A DNA stretch of 64,000 nucleotides from Octopus sinensis (GCF_006345805.1 NC_043024.1:18414001-18478000); one strand, 5' to 3'. Positions 37,236-50,836 are shown, counted from the stretch's first letter. The notes: a model not told the origin generated them from the letters alone. Program-made: numbers and translations.

Positions 37236-37359
37236 CATACATATATATATATATATATATAAATAATGGAGGGAATATTATTCTAACTTACAGGTAAAAA
37301 ATTCATTTTAGATATACTGAATAAATTTCACAAAATATAATATATATATATATAAAAAT

Positions 37360-37650
37360 TAGAAAAAAACACCTTCTATTAATTCAAAATGAACAATTAA
37401 ATTACGCCATCTAGAAAATTACATATAATAGAAATATTAAAATCAAAATAACAATAATATACCAATGATTAAGTAAATTGCTAAATAATAATAAAAGACA
37501 TCAAATATATTCGTTTTTATTATTATTTTGCAATTTAATTAATCATCAGTATATTATTGTTATTTTAATTTTAATGTTTCTATTATGCGTAATTTTCTAG
37601 ATGGTATAAATTAATTGTTCATTTTGAATTGATCAAAGGTGGCTTTTTTC

Positions 37651-37652
<2 letters not shown>
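37360..37652. repeat. Diverged AT-rich inverted repeat, ~140-bp arms
   Basis: ccatctagaaaattac/gtaattttctagatgg and caaaatgaacaatt/aattgttcattttg pairs. Confidence 0.75.
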
Positions 37653-37704
<52 letters not shown>

Positions 37705-38376
37705 TGCATAATATTTATAGGATTAATCCCAAAATTGATTCAATATAGAAATAACGAACTTTAAAAAAAAATTATGTTGGCTCGATTTCCTCAATTTTAG
37801 CACGGCGTGTATCTATAGTGATTGTATATTATAAATGTGGAAATTGACGATTTAAAGTCTGTTCTCAGCATATTGGCATTGAAATAATTTTTCCATTGCC
37901 CTTGTTTATAAATCGTTTATAATTTTTTCTTTTTTCTTTTTACCCTCCTCTTTTTTCTTTTACCCAGAACCAGGAACTTTGCGGCATCCCCTGCTACTTA
38001 ACTCTGATCTCCAACTGTCACAATGATGCAAAATTCTCCAAATGCAATACTCTGCGATATAGATTTGAGATGGTGGGATACCAATAGATACTTTATTATT
38101 ATTTCCCTCTTCAGTTTTGAACCTGAGGCATAATAAGCCCTCTGCAGGAGCTAGCTCAAAAAGCCTGCACTTTTACCCCCTTCCTCTGTGTCATCATCTC
38201 ATTAATATATACTGTTCTCATTTTCCCTATTTGTCCTTGATGATGAAATATCAGACTCTTGGGGGTATCCCAGAAACAGCTATAAGATTTTAAATTTTTT
38301 CTTATAATAATAATATTGTATACGGCTTGAGATGGTTGCCTTGCCTTAATGTTTGCTGCCCTGTCTAACAGTTATA

Positions 38377-38960
38377 TATCATCATCATCATCATCATCGT
38401 TTAACGTCCGTTTTCTATACTGGCATGGGTTGGACGGTTTGATTGAGGTCTGGGGAGCCAGTGGCTGACCCAGGCTCCAGTCTGATCTGGCAGAGTTTCT
38501 ACAGCTGGATGCCCTTCCTAATGCCAACCACTCCGTGAGTGTAGTGGGTGCTTTTTACATGTCACCAGCAAAGGAGTGAGTCAGGCGGGCCTGGCATTGA
38601 TCCCATGCAGGTGGTGCTTTTTATGTGCCACTGGCACAAGAGCCAGTTAGGGGATACTGGCATTGGCCACAATCAGTTGATGCTTTTTACATGCTACCAG
38701 CATGGGTGCCAGTCAGGCAGACCTGGCATCAACCATGTTTGGATGGTATTTTTTACATGCCACTGGCATGGGTGCCAGTCATGGGGCATTGGCCACAGCT
38801 ACGATATTGGTTTTACTTGACTCAACAGGTCTTCTCAAGCATATCATATTGCCCGACACATCAGGGGCATTCTTAACAGGGTCAGACATATGTGACTGCG
38901 ATCTCAGTTTACTTGTCGGGTCTTCTCAAATCACAGCATATCTCCAAAGGTCCCAGTCTA
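38377..38960 (-). mobile_element. RTE 3'-UTR copy with internal modules
   Basis: (ATC)n tail and repeated ttttacatgccac modules. Confidence 0.75.
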
Positions 38961-39003
38961 TATATATGTATATATATATATATATATATAATTATTAAAA
39001 TTA

Positions 39004-39423
39004 TAAATTAGGGTATCTACGAGATATCACCATGCTGAAAATAGCAGCCATGAACTGACTCTAAAACTGTGGTGATATTTTACCATATAGCACATGGAAT
39101 TAGCGGGCATTTTGAACTAGTCTTGATGCATACGTGCATATATATGTATGTATACATTCCTATATGTAAGTATTCGTATGTTGTATTTATATATATATGT
39201 ATTTATGTTTCTTTTCTGTGTGTATTCCACTGATGAGGCAAAGCATTCCTAAATGCAAAGTCAGAAATCCGGGATCTAGAATTATCCAGTAATTTTTTAC
39301 TAGTTTCATCTTGTCTCTTTGTCTTTTCTCCATGCTGCTATAGGAAAACTTAAGGTGGTTTTAGAGTCGGTTTATGGCTGCTATTTTCAGCATGATGGTA
39401 TCTCATAGATACCCTAATCTATG
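39004..39423. repeat. Element with ~65-bp inverted termini and a degenerate HHR-like centre
   Basis: 39004-39067 mirrors 39358-39423. CTGATGAGG...CCTAAA...GTC at 39230-39262. Confidence 0.55.
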
Positions 39424-40261
39424 ATTTTCATAATTATTACCTTTGAAGGTTATTTTTTCCATGCCGACCTCTTGATAAGTTTGTTATTTTATTTTAAATT
39501 AACAATCTTATCATATATATATATATAATATATATATACACACACATATATATTAATATATACACACACATATCTATATAAACATATATTGTGCTGGGGT
39601 ATGTCAGGCAACATGATTGTAAGACAACAGGTAAACACTGTTAGAAGGAGAGACTAGGAATATGAAGGAAGAAGATGAAATACTGCGACTGAATAACATA
39701 AGGGAAGTGAAGAAAAGTTAAAAGAAGTGAAAATCAAATAAGACAAGAAAAGGTGGAAAGTTGTTTAAAAAATTCTTTTTTTTTTTAAGATACCTTAGAA
39801 ATCTCTTGAAGAAAAAATTGCTCAAAGAAAAAAAATTCTTTTAAAAGCTTAATAAACTTCAAAAAATTCAAAAAGTCCTTTGAAGAAGATGTTTCTAGAA
39901 TAATTCACAAAATCTCAAAATTTTTCAAAGTATCTCAAAAAATTTATAAGTTTTAGAGTTTTAAAGTTTTAAAGTTTTAAAGTTTTTAGGTTGTAAAAGT
40001 TTCAAAAGTTTCAAATGTTGCAGAGGGTTTTAATTTTTCTTGTTTTTAAAAGTTCATAGAGGAAAGAGACAGGCCGTGAAATAAATAGACAGATAGACAG
40101 ACAGAGAGAATTTTGCTTACTCCGTATCTTTTTCCTACCACAACCTCTTCATTAATGCCTGCCACAATGTTTGTCTTTGTAGCACTGTATGTACTGAGAT
40201 ACAACGTGGCTCTTACTTCCAGTAGCCATAATGCATCCTTCTGACTTCCTAGTAGTGTCAA

Positions 40262-40655
40262 GCATGCCGGGCGAAATGTTAGCGGTATTTCGTCTACCAC
40301 TCCGTTCTGAGTTCAAATTCCACTGAGTCGACTTGGCCATTCATCCTTTCGGAGTCGATTAAATAAGTAACCAGTTACGCACTGAGGTCGATATAATCGA
40401 CTTAATCCGTTTGTCTGCCCTTGTTTGTCCCCTCTGTGTTTAGCCCCTTGTGGGTAGTAAAGAAATAGGTATTTCGTCTACTGCTTCCTTCTGAGTTCAA
40501 ATTCTGCTAAGGTCGACTTTGCAATTCATCCTTTCGGGGTCGATTAAATAAGTACCAGTTACGCACTGGAATCGATATAATCGACTTAATCCATTTGTCT
40601 GCCCTTGTTTGTCCCCTCTATGTTTAGCCCCTTGTGGGTAGTAAAGAAATAGGTA
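40262..40655 (+). mobile_element. Two tandem SINE family 3 copies (repeated at 41779-42178)
   Basis: B-box-like gagttcaaattcc and Deu/Nin-like gtcgactttgc..ttcatcctttcgg.gtcgat.aaataagtaccag. Confidence 0.7.
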
Positions 40656-40657
40656 TT

Positions 40658-41020
40658 AAGAGCACCATCCGAGCGTGATCGTTGCCAGAGCAGCTATCTG
40701 GCCTCCATGCCGGTGGCATGTAAAAGACACCATTCGAGCGGGATCGTTACCAGCATCACCTTACTGGCACCTGTGTCGGTGGAAAAGATTTGAGTGAGGT
40801 CGTTGCCAGTGCCGCCTGACAGGCCCCATGCCAGTGGCACGTAAAAGCACCCACTACACTCTCGGAGTGGTGGTGTTAGGAAGGGCATGCAGCTGTAGAA
40901 ACTCTACCAAATCAGATTGGAGTCTGGTGCAGCCATCTGGTTCACCAGCCCTCAGTCAAATCGTCCAACCCATGCCAGCATGGAAAGCGGACGTAAACGG
41001 TGAGGATGATGATGGTGATG

Positions 41021-41022
<2 letters not shown>
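40658..41022 (+). mobile_element. RTE 3'-UTR copy (repeated at 42177-42540)
   Basis: Ends ccaacccatgccagcatggaaagcggacgt...(gat)n. Confidence 0.8.
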
Positions 41023-41057
<35 letters not shown>

Positions 41058-43124
41058 CACACACATATATATATAACATATATAACACACACACATATCT
41101 ATATAAATATATTGTGCTGGGGTATGTCAGGCAACATGATTGTAAGACAACAGGTAAACACTGTTAGAAGGAGAGACTAGGAATATGAAGGAAGAAGATG
41201 AAATACTGCGACTGAATAACATAAGGGAAGTGAAGAAAAGTTAAAAGAAGTGAAAATCAAATAAGACAAGAAAAGGTGGAAGTTGTTAAAAAATTCTTTT
41301 TTTTTTAAGATACCTAGAAATCTCTTGAAGAAAAAATTGCTCAAAGAAAAAATTCTTTTAAAAGCTTAATAAACTTCAAAAAATTCAAAAAGTCCTTTGA
41401 AGAAGATGTTTCTAGAATAATTCACCAAATCTCAAAATTTTTCAAGTATCTCAAAAATTTATAAGTTTTAGAGTTTTAAAGTTTTAAAGTTTTAAAGTTT
41501 TTAGGTTGTAAAAGTTTCAAAAGTTTCAAATGTTGCAGAGGGTTTTAATTTTTCTTGTTTTTAAAAGTTCATAGAGGAAAGAGACAGGCCGTGAAATAAA
41601 TAGACAGATAGACAGACAGAGAGAATTTTTGCTTACTCCGTATCTTTTTTCTACCACCAACCTCTTCATTAATGCCTGCCACAATGTTTGTCTTTGTAGC
41701 ACTGTATGTACTGAGATACAAACGTGGCTCTTACTTCCAGTAGCCATAATGCATCCTTCTGACTTCCTAGTAGTGTCAAGCATGCCGGGCGAAATGCTTA
41801 GCGGTATTTCGTCTACCACTCCGTTCTGAGTTCAAATTCCACTGAGGTCGACTTTGCCATTCATCCTTTCGGAGTCGATTAAATAAGTACCAGTTACGCA
41901 CTGAGGTCGATATAATCGACTTAATCCGTTTGTCTGCCCTTGTTTGTCCCCTCTGTGTTTAGCCCCTTGTGGGTAGTAAAGAAATAGGTATTTCGTCTAC
42001 TGCTTCCTTCTGAGTTCAAATTCTGCTAAGGTCGACTTTGCAATTCATCCTTTCGGGGTCGATTAAATAAGTACCAGTTACGCACTGGAATCGATATAAT
42101 CGACTTAATCCATTTGTCTGCCCTTGTTTGTCCCCTCTATGTTTAGCCCCTTGTGGGTAGTAAAGAAATAGGTATTAAGAGCACATCCGAGCGTGATCGT
42201 TGCCAGCAGCTATCTGGCCTCCATGCCGGTGGCATGTAAAACACACCATTCGAGCGGGATCGTTACCAGCATCACCTTACTGGCACCTGTGTCGGTGGAA
42301 AAGATTTGAGTGAGGTCGTTGCCAGTGCCGCCTGACAGGCCCCATGCCAGTGGCACGTAAAAGCACCCACTACACTCTCGGAGTGGTTGGTGTTAGGAAG
42401 GGCATGCAGCTGTAGAAACTCTACCAAATCAGATTGGAGTCTGGTGCAGCCATCTGGTTCACCAGCCCTCAGTCAAATCGTCCAACCCATGCCAGCATGG
42501 AAAGCGGACGTTAAACGGTGAGGATGATGATGGTGATGATATATATATATAATATATATATATATAATATATATATATATATAAATATTACTCTTTTACT
42601 CTTTTACTTGTTTCAGTCATTTGACTGCGGCCATACTGGAGCACCGCCTCTAGTCGAGCAAATCGACCCTGGGACTTATTCTTTGTAAGCCCAGTACTTA
42701 TTCTATCGGTCTTTTTTGCCGAACCACTAAGTGACGGGGGCTTAAACACAACACCATCGGTTGTCAAGCAATACTAGGGGGACAAACACAGACACACAAA
42801 CATATGCATATATACATACATATATATACATACCTACATACATATGTACATATATATGCATATGTGGGTACAGGACATCAAAATACCTTGAACACCAGTA
42901 TATATATGTGTGTATACTTGAACTGTCCAGACTCCAAATTGTCTGTTGTGGCTTGGTTTCTTCAGCTGGATGCCCTTCCAATGCCAACTACTTTACAGGG
43001 TGTGTTGGGTTCTTCCAACGTGGGTGCAATTATACAGCACTGGTACAAGTGCACATTACTTTGCTCTGGAACCCTTAAGGGACAAATCTGTATATATGGA
43101 TGGGGCAATTTTGCTTAGTTTGAC

Positions 43125-43522
43125 ATGTCCTGACGCTCGACCTTTATTCTCTAGAAAAACAACGACGCCGTGGTGATCTCATTCTTGCTCACAACATCAT
43201 AAGCGGAAAGTGTAACCTCTCGAAAGAGCTGTTCTTCACTCCTGCTCCAGAGCGTCGGCTGCGGGGTCACTCCGAAAAGCTCTATCTGCGACGATTTCAT
43301 CTCAATCGAAGGAGAGGGATTTTCTCCATCCAGGTTGCTGATCCAGGGAATAAGCTGCCAGACGAGATAGTGAAGATGCCGACGACTGCTCGGTTCAAAG
43401 TCTCTCTTGACCAGAAATGGCCTGAACCCTTTGCATGAACACCATCCTGTACATAACTCCATGTCCCCCTACATGGCCTTGCTTTTGCTTTTTGAGCCAA
43501 AAAATTAACTTAACTTAACTTA
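43125..43522 (+). mobile_element. CR1-clade LINE 3' end with (AACTT)n tail
   Basis: LYSLEKQRRRGDLILAHNII...RLRGHSEKL...FFSIQVADPGNKLP resembles the CR1 LExRRxRGDL...RGH..KL...FF..RV...WN.LP C-terminus. Confidence 0.8.
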
Positions 43523-44378
43523 CAGCAAGTCACCACAACTCCTGGTCCCTTGTCACTTACAAAGTGAGGTCCAGTGCCCAAAGATCCTTTCTCACCACTA
43601 TTTCCCATGTCTCTCTGGGTCTTCCCCTTCAACAGGTTTCAGCCACATAAATATAAGTGACTGGCTTCCTTCAGTTTCTATCAACAGAATCAACTCCCAA
43701 TGCTTTGACAAAGCCCAGAATGACACGGGCCGTATTAAGTTTCTTTATTGGCCACACAGGGCTGCACACAGATGGGACAAATTACAAGGTAGAGCTTTCC
43801 TTTTGGGGGATGATAAAAAAAAAAAGTGGCGTTGGTTTTTGATCAAAAGGGATCGTAAAAGGGAAAGAAGAAAAAAACGGAAAAAAAGGAAAAGAAACAA
43901 AAGAAAAGAAAAAAGAAAAAAGAGGAAAAAAGGGGAAGAGGAAAAAAAAACGATCTATAGGGATCATGTATCACAGTGTCATGATGTACGGTGTAAAGGG
44001 GGAAGCAGATAAGGTTTTTCTGTGGGAAGAAAAGCCTACGAAAAAGACCACGGTAACCTCGGTCAATATTGTTATATGATACCACATTTGTTTGCAAGTG
44101 GGTAACCCTCTATTTTCAATTTCTGGGTTCATAGGATTATGCTGGGATTGAACTGAAAACCACATGGCTGGAAAACAAAATTTCTTAACCACCCAACCAG
44201 GTCGGATATACTTCCGTATATCCTCAAACCTTCTCTAAGTGATTGGTTTGTTTACTCAGTTCTTGCCATCTCTGCCTCTTTCATTATTCCATCAAATGAT
44301 GTTTATTAATGGTAAATATTTTAAATTGAATCCGTGTAGAGTGAAATGCCTTGATGGATATGCAAACACATTCTATAG

Positions 44379-44920
44379 CCCTATTAGGCATTCTCCCTCC
44401 CTCTCTCCCTCTCTTACATTATATTGCTCTCCATCTCTCATTCACTCTTACTCTCCCTATATTCCATACCCCTATTAGGCATTCTCCCCCCCTCTCTCTC
44501 TCTCTCTCTCTTTCTTCCTCTCTTACATTATCTTGCCTCTCCTCTCTCATTCACTCTTACTTCCATCCATCCATATCCCTATAAGGCATTCTCCCCCCCT
44601 CTCTCTCTTTTTCTTCCTCTCTTACATTATCTTGCTCTCCATCTCTCATTCACTCTTACTCTCCCTATATTCCATACCCCTATTAGGCATTCTCCCCCCT
44701 CTCGCGCTCTCTCTCTCTTTTTCCCTCTCTTACTTATCTTGCTCTCCATCTCTCATTCACTCTTACTCTCCCTATATTCCATACCCCTATTAGGCATTCT
44801 CCCCCCCTCTCTCTCTCTCTCTCTTTCTTCCTCTCTTACATTATCTTGCTCTCCATCTCTCATTCACTCTTACTCTCCCTACATTCCATATCCCTATCAG
44901 GCATTCTCCCTCACTCTCTT
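44379..44920. repeat. Pyrimidine-rich minisatellite, ~90-108-bp unit, about 5-6 copies
   Basis: ccctattaggcattctccc recurs near 44379, 44470, 44578, 44678, 44786 and 44894. Confidence 0.85.
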
Positions 44921-45209
44921 TCTTTCTTTCTTCCTCTATTGCATTATCACTCTCTTGTTCACTTTTATTCTTTCTCTCTCTCTCTCTCTCACTATCACTC
45001 AATCTCCCTTTACCACTTTCTCTTTCTCTTAAACTCTTTATCTGTCTTTCTCTTTATCACTTACTCTATCTTGTTCCTTCTCTCTCTATAATCTCTCTAT
45101 CTCTATTGCTCATTTCTTACTCTCTCTCTCTTTCTCTTTTTTCCCACTCTTATTAACCCATACTATCTATCAATCTATCTATCTGTCTGTCTATCTTTCT
45201 ATCTATCTA

Positions 45210-45258
<49 letters not shown>

Positions 45259-45296
45259 GTCTGTCTGTCTCTCTCTCTATCTGCCTGTCTCTCTCT

Positions 45297-45339
<43 letters not shown>

Positions 45340-45388
45340 CCTACCTATCTGTCTGTCTGTCTGTCTTTCTCTCTCACCCCTCTCTCTC

Positions 45389-45451
<63 letters not shown>

Positions 45452-45590
45452 GTGTGTCCTCTCTCAGTTCGTCCATCTATCTTTCATCTGTCTGTCAATA
45501 TATTTATTTATCATTACGTGTATGTGTGTGTGTGTTGTATGTATGTTATACACATATATATATATATATATTATATATATACATTATATA

Positions 45591-45633
<43 letters not shown>

Positions 45634-45688
45634 CATATATATTATATAATATATATATATATAGATATATACACTATATATATAGATG

Positions 45689-45726
<38 letters not shown>

Positions 45727-45807
45727 ATATATATATATATGTATGTATATACATACATACAAACACACACACACATACACGTAATAGATAAATAAATATA
45801 TTGACAT

Positions 45808-45838
<31 letters not shown>

Positions 45839-45859
45839 TTACATATATATATATATATA

Positions 45860-45896
<37 letters not shown>

Positions 45897-46029
45897 ATTA
45901 TATATATATATTTAATATATATATATATATTATATATATACAGAATTATATATACATATACATATATATATATATATATTATATATATATAGATATCAAT
46001 ATATATATATACACACATATACACACACT

Positions 46030-46076
<47 letters not shown>

Positions 46077-46479
46077 GACAGTTCTTCTGTCTATCAATTA
46101 ACTTCCTTCTTTGTCTTAACCTCATAACTCTACAAATCTTTAATTAATTTGATCTAATTTCAACAGACCCCACCCAACCTCAACCACAATCCAAACACAC
46201 CACCTTCCCCCCAAAAGCCCACTACCACCACACTACTTCCCTCCCCCTCTTACATTACTCCTCCGCCACCACCACTTCCCCCTCCTCCTCCTCCTCCTCC
46301 TCCACTTCCTACCTTCCTCCCTTTTGTGAGGCCCTACCGTTACACTGCCAAACTACTAAACTAAGACTAACACTGGCGCTGTACACCTCCACTACATCCT
46401 ATACTGTAGGTGTTTGACAATATCATTCAAGATTGTATTTGTATTGTCAGCTCTCATTTCTTTCGGAAAACAACTTCAA

Positions 46480-46520
46480 CAATAACCACTACTACTATCA
46501 CTAACTCTACCACCACTGCA

Positions 46521-46583
<63 letters not shown>

Positions 46584-46675
46584 GCTGCTGTTACTGCTGC
46601 TGCTGCTACTACTACTACTACCTTTCCTACTACTACTATTTTCATACCACCAGCACCATCACCACCACCACCAGT

Positions 46676-46706
<31 letters not shown>

Positions 46707-46905
46707 CTACTACTACTACTACTTCTACCAACACCACCACCACTACCACCACTAACAACAACAGCAAAAACATCACCACCACCAAACACCAGTACTTCCA
46801 CTGCCACCAACAAAACATCATCACCACCACCACCACAACCACCGACACCACCATAAAAGGAAAACATGACCATCACCTCCAACAGCAACAACAACAACAA
46901 CAATA
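46480..46905. repeat. (CTA)n/(CAC)n/(CAA)n trinucleotide array
   Basis: Directly visible. Confidence 0.9.
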
Positions 46906-47299
46906 AAATTAGCAAAGCCCGTCAGCATTAAAGTAACGACCATATAATTGCTGTGTTTTGCAATAAGTTCTGCAAGGAATAAAATTATGGTTCCTCATTC
47001 TTGGGAACTGGTTCTTCCGGCATTCTGTTCGGTGGCCGCTTTTAGTTTTATGTGTGTGTGTACGTGTGTGTATGGATATGTGTGTATGTGTATGTGTGTA
47101 TGTATATGTATGTGTATATCTTATATGAATGCATGTATTTATATATGTGTACATGCATATGTGTATGTGTGCACGTATATATTTGTTTTGTGTGTGTATG
47201 TGGGTATGTGTATGTGAACATATGTGTATGTATGTGTATATGTATTTATATTTGTGGGTGTGTGTTTGGGTGAAGGTGGTTTTCTCCTGAATGTATTTA

Positions 47300-47740
47300 G
47301 GGAGAGAAAATATTAGTAGGATGGGGGTAGGAAAGTAGAAGGAGGAGGAAAGTAGTAGGAGGAAGAAGGTGGGAGAAGGAGAAGGGATAGGAGGAAGAGT
47401 AGGAGAGAGAGATGCAGGAGGAGGTATAGGAGGAGGAGTGAGGAGAGGGAAATAGGAGGTAAGATAGGAGGAAAAGGTAGGATAGAAAGGAGAAGGGATA
47501 AGAGGAGGAAGAGAGGTGGGAGGAGGTATAGGAGGAAGAGGAAAAGGAAGGAGAAGGGGAGGAGAAGGGATAAGAGGAAGAAGAGAGGTGGGAGGAGATA
47601 TAGGAGGAGGAGATAGGAGATAGGGTCTCACAAAAGGGAGGAAGCTAGAAGGAGGAGGACAATAAAGATAGGAGGATGAGAGGAAGGGGAAGGAGGTATA
47701 AGAGGAGGAGGAGTGGTGTGTGGAGGGGGAATAGGAGAAT
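47300..47740 (+). repeat. Polypurine low-complexity tract
   Basis: Almost entirely G/A, with recurring ggaggtataggagga. Confidence 0.85.
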
Positions 47741-48442
47741 GGAAGAAAATACAAAACAAAGAAGAAGAGAAACAAGAAGAAAGAGAGTGACTTGAAAATA
47801 ATAAGAAAGAATGAATTTATAATATTTTCATCCATTTTATCCCTGCAGCTGCACAAGAAAGGGGTACATTACTATTTGGAAGTAGTTAAAAGGGGTACTT
47901 TGTGAGCGAGGTGGTTTTGGGTTCATTTCCACTGCATGACATCTTGGGTGCCTTCTACGATAACTTTGGGCTGATCAAAGCCTTGTGTGTGGATTTGATA
48001 GACGGAAACAATTCGCACAATTAAGTGAGAAAAAATATTCACTTAACGTGAACCATTTTTGCTCAACTGCAGGCAGACCAGGGTTTAGAATCCAGTGAGG
48101 ACTTCTTGCTTGTACAAAAATAATTACCGCAAACAACAAACCCCCACTGGACCCAAAAAACAAGTCTTAACTTACAGTTCAGCTTCTTTTTTCACCAGCT
48201 GTACACAGTTTGGCTACTTCTTTTGGTGATACACACAATGCTGACAACAACACATGTGCATGCTGACAACAACACATGCTCAGTGGGAAGTAGGCTTCTG
48301 GGAAGCAAGCTTCTTACCACACAGCCATGCCTGCGCCTATATATATATATAAAATTTACATCTAATATAGGATAAATTTTTTCGAAAAAAAAATTAATCA
48401 ATGGTCAGCATATTAAAAAGTACCTTTAAAGGTTAAATTTAT

Positions 48443-48643
48443 AAACAGCTTATAAACAAGGGCAAAAGAAAAAATTTCTAATGCCGAATATGCTGAAACT
48501 AGACACATCGTCCATAACCATATAATTCATCACTATAAGCACATGCTTATAGTGATGACTTATATGGTTATGGACGATGTGTCTAGTTTCGGCATATTTG
48601 GCATTAGAATTTTTTCCCTTTTACCCTTGTTTATAAGTTGTTT
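48443..48643. repeat. Near-perfect palindrome, ~99-bp arms and 2-nt spacer
   Basis: Centre aagca-ca-tgctt at 48537-48548. Confidence 0.9.
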
Positions 48644-48654
48644 ATATATATATA

Positions 48655-48850
48655 TACTTTATTAAAAGCAGCAAGAATATCACAAAAGCTGTTACTCAGA
48701 GTTTCACGTTCGCGTTCATCGAACGGTTTTGTTTAGAATGGAGCAAGATAAAGTTATGTGCAGAAATACAATTACTTTGATAGATTCACATCTGAAATTA
48801 GTTTTGTTTCATTGGTCCTTTCAACTAATGGTCTTTTCAACAACCGTTTG
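48655..48850 (-). mobile_element. Family E PLE-like repeat with HHR-like motif (48689-48726)
   Basis: Minus strand ccgt TCGATGA ACG CGAA CGT GAAA CTC T GAG TA acag. Homologue on plus at 51050-51215. Confidence 0.55.
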
Positions 48851-49077
48851 TATGAAATAACAAATTACAGTTTAAAATCACATTATTATAAAAGTCAAAG
48901 AAAAGGGAACAGAAAATTAGAGAGAGAAAGGAAATAAAAATAGAGATAGAGAGAGTGAAATGGTGTTCAAATAAGCATCGAATGAAAGTTAGATACTTCG
49001 TTCAGCTTGAGAAACATACACTTACAAAAACACACACATAAAATGACATGTATATCTACATAAATATAAGCATATAA

Positions 49078-49960
49078 TTTTTCTCTATCCGCCATTTCTT
49101 GGTGTAACTACACATAAATCCAAAATGCAGCTGTTTGTAAAGGCTAATGAGACTCACACCCTCAGTCTGACAGGGAATGAAACTATTTATGATATCAAGA
49201 ACATGCTTTTCAATTTGGGTGGATTTGATATCAGCCAACCCCCTTTGCTTGCGAAGACATGTTGGGGCAAGCGAAATCGAAATCGAATTGAACCAGCCAG
49301 GATCCCTGGTCTGGTGGTACGTAAAAAGCACTATCCGACTCGTGGCCGATGCCAGCGCCGCCTCGACTGGCTTCCGATGCCGGTGGCACGTAAAATACAC
49401 CAATCCGACCGTGGCCGTTGCCAGCCTCGCCTGGCACCAGTGCAGGTGGCACGTAAAAAGCACCCACTACACTCACGGAGTGGTTGGCGTTAGGAAGGGC
49501 ATCCAGCTGTAGAAACATTGCCAGATAAGACTGGAGCCTGGTGCAGCCTTCTGGCTTCCCAGATCCCTGGTCGAACCGTCCAACCCATGCTAGCATGGAG
49601 AACGGACGTTAAACAATGATGATGATGATGAGCAAGTTTTAACATTCAATGGCTCCCCACTTGCCAATGACTTCTCTGTTGGGTCATTGCAAGATGTGAA
49701 CACTCTTCACTTGGATATGAGAATGCTTGGAGGCAAAGTCCATGGTTCTTTGGCTCGAGCTGGCAAAGTGAAGGGATAAACCCCTAAAGTGGAGAAGCAA
49801 GAAAAGAAGAAACAGAGGACTGGTCGTGCTAAGCGACATATGCAATACAACAAGAGATTTGTCAATGTGGTTGCTGGTTTCGGACGAAGGAAAGGACCAA
49901 ATGCCAATTCTTAGAGTTCTGAAAATGTAATTACTAAACTTGTAATAAAAATAAATAATT
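49078..49960 (+). pseudogene. FAU: Processed pseudogene of FAU (ubiquitin-like FUBI / 40S ribosomal protein eS30 fusion)
   Basis: ATG at 49125 MQLFVK...; resumes at 49630 EQVL...[30 protein letters not shown]...[17 protein letters not shown] (stop 49912-49914). Premature TAA at 49777, no spliceosomal intron evident, pyrimidine-rich 5' end, AATAAA at 49944, LINE-UTR insertion. Confidence 0.92.
49233..49630 (+). mobile_element. RTE 3'-UTR copy inserted in the FAU pseudogene
   Basis: Matches the reverse complement of 53150-53530 and has a (GAT)n tail. Confidence 0.85.
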
Positions 49961-50423
49961 AAATACATAGAATACACACACATATAATGTAATATTATAT
50001 ATACATGTAATTTTATATGAGCGTTTTCATTTGTGTACATTTCGCAAGCTGAACAATGTATATAATGAAAGTTAGATTCCTATTGGAAAGCCTTCATTTC
50101 ACGCTCTCCCTACTTCTATCTATTTCTCCCTTTTCTCTCTCTCTAATTTTTCCGCTTCTTTTTCTTTTATTTCTTTTTCTTCTTTTCCCCTTTTTTCTTT
50201 CTCCCCCCTTGTTATTCTCTGATCTCTTCCTTTTCTTTCTTTCACCTGTAACACCTAATCTGTATAAGCATACACCAGGAGGTTTTGTGCATGTGCATGG
50301 GTGTGCATGCATATATACATATGCATTTGTATATATTTATGTTTTGCCTATATATGTATATAGCCATCCACTTATGTCTGTGTGTTTAGCATATATACAT
50401 ACATTATAAATTGCTTGGTATAC

Positions 50424-50836
50424 TCTTTACTCTTTTACTTGTTTCAGTCATTTGACTGAGGCCATGCTGGAGCACCGCCTTTAGTCGAGCAACTCGACCC
50501 CAGGACTTATTCTTTGTAAGCCCAGTACTTATTCTATCGGTCTCTTTTGCCAAACTGCTAAGTGACGGGGACGTAAACACACCAGCATCTGTTGTCAAGC
50601 AATGCTAGAGGGACAAACACAGACACACAAACACACACACGCATACATATAATATATATATACATATATATGACAGGCTCCTTTCAGTTTCCGTCTATCA
50701 AATCCACTCACAAGGCATTGGTCGGCTCGGGGCAATAGTAGAAGACACTTGCCCAAGATGCCACACAGTGGGACTGAACCCAGAACCATGTGGTTGGTTA
50801 GTAAGCTACTTCCCACACAGCCACTCCTGCACCTAT
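50424..50836 (-). mobile_element. SINE family 1
   Basis: Reverse-complement match to the family consensus. Confidence 0.85.

Larger units (their letters stand above)
39530..42575 (+). repeat. ~1.52-kb tandem duplication (two copies)
   Basis: gtgctggggtatgtcagg at 39591 and 41114. The copies differ mostly by single-base indels. Confidence 0.9.
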
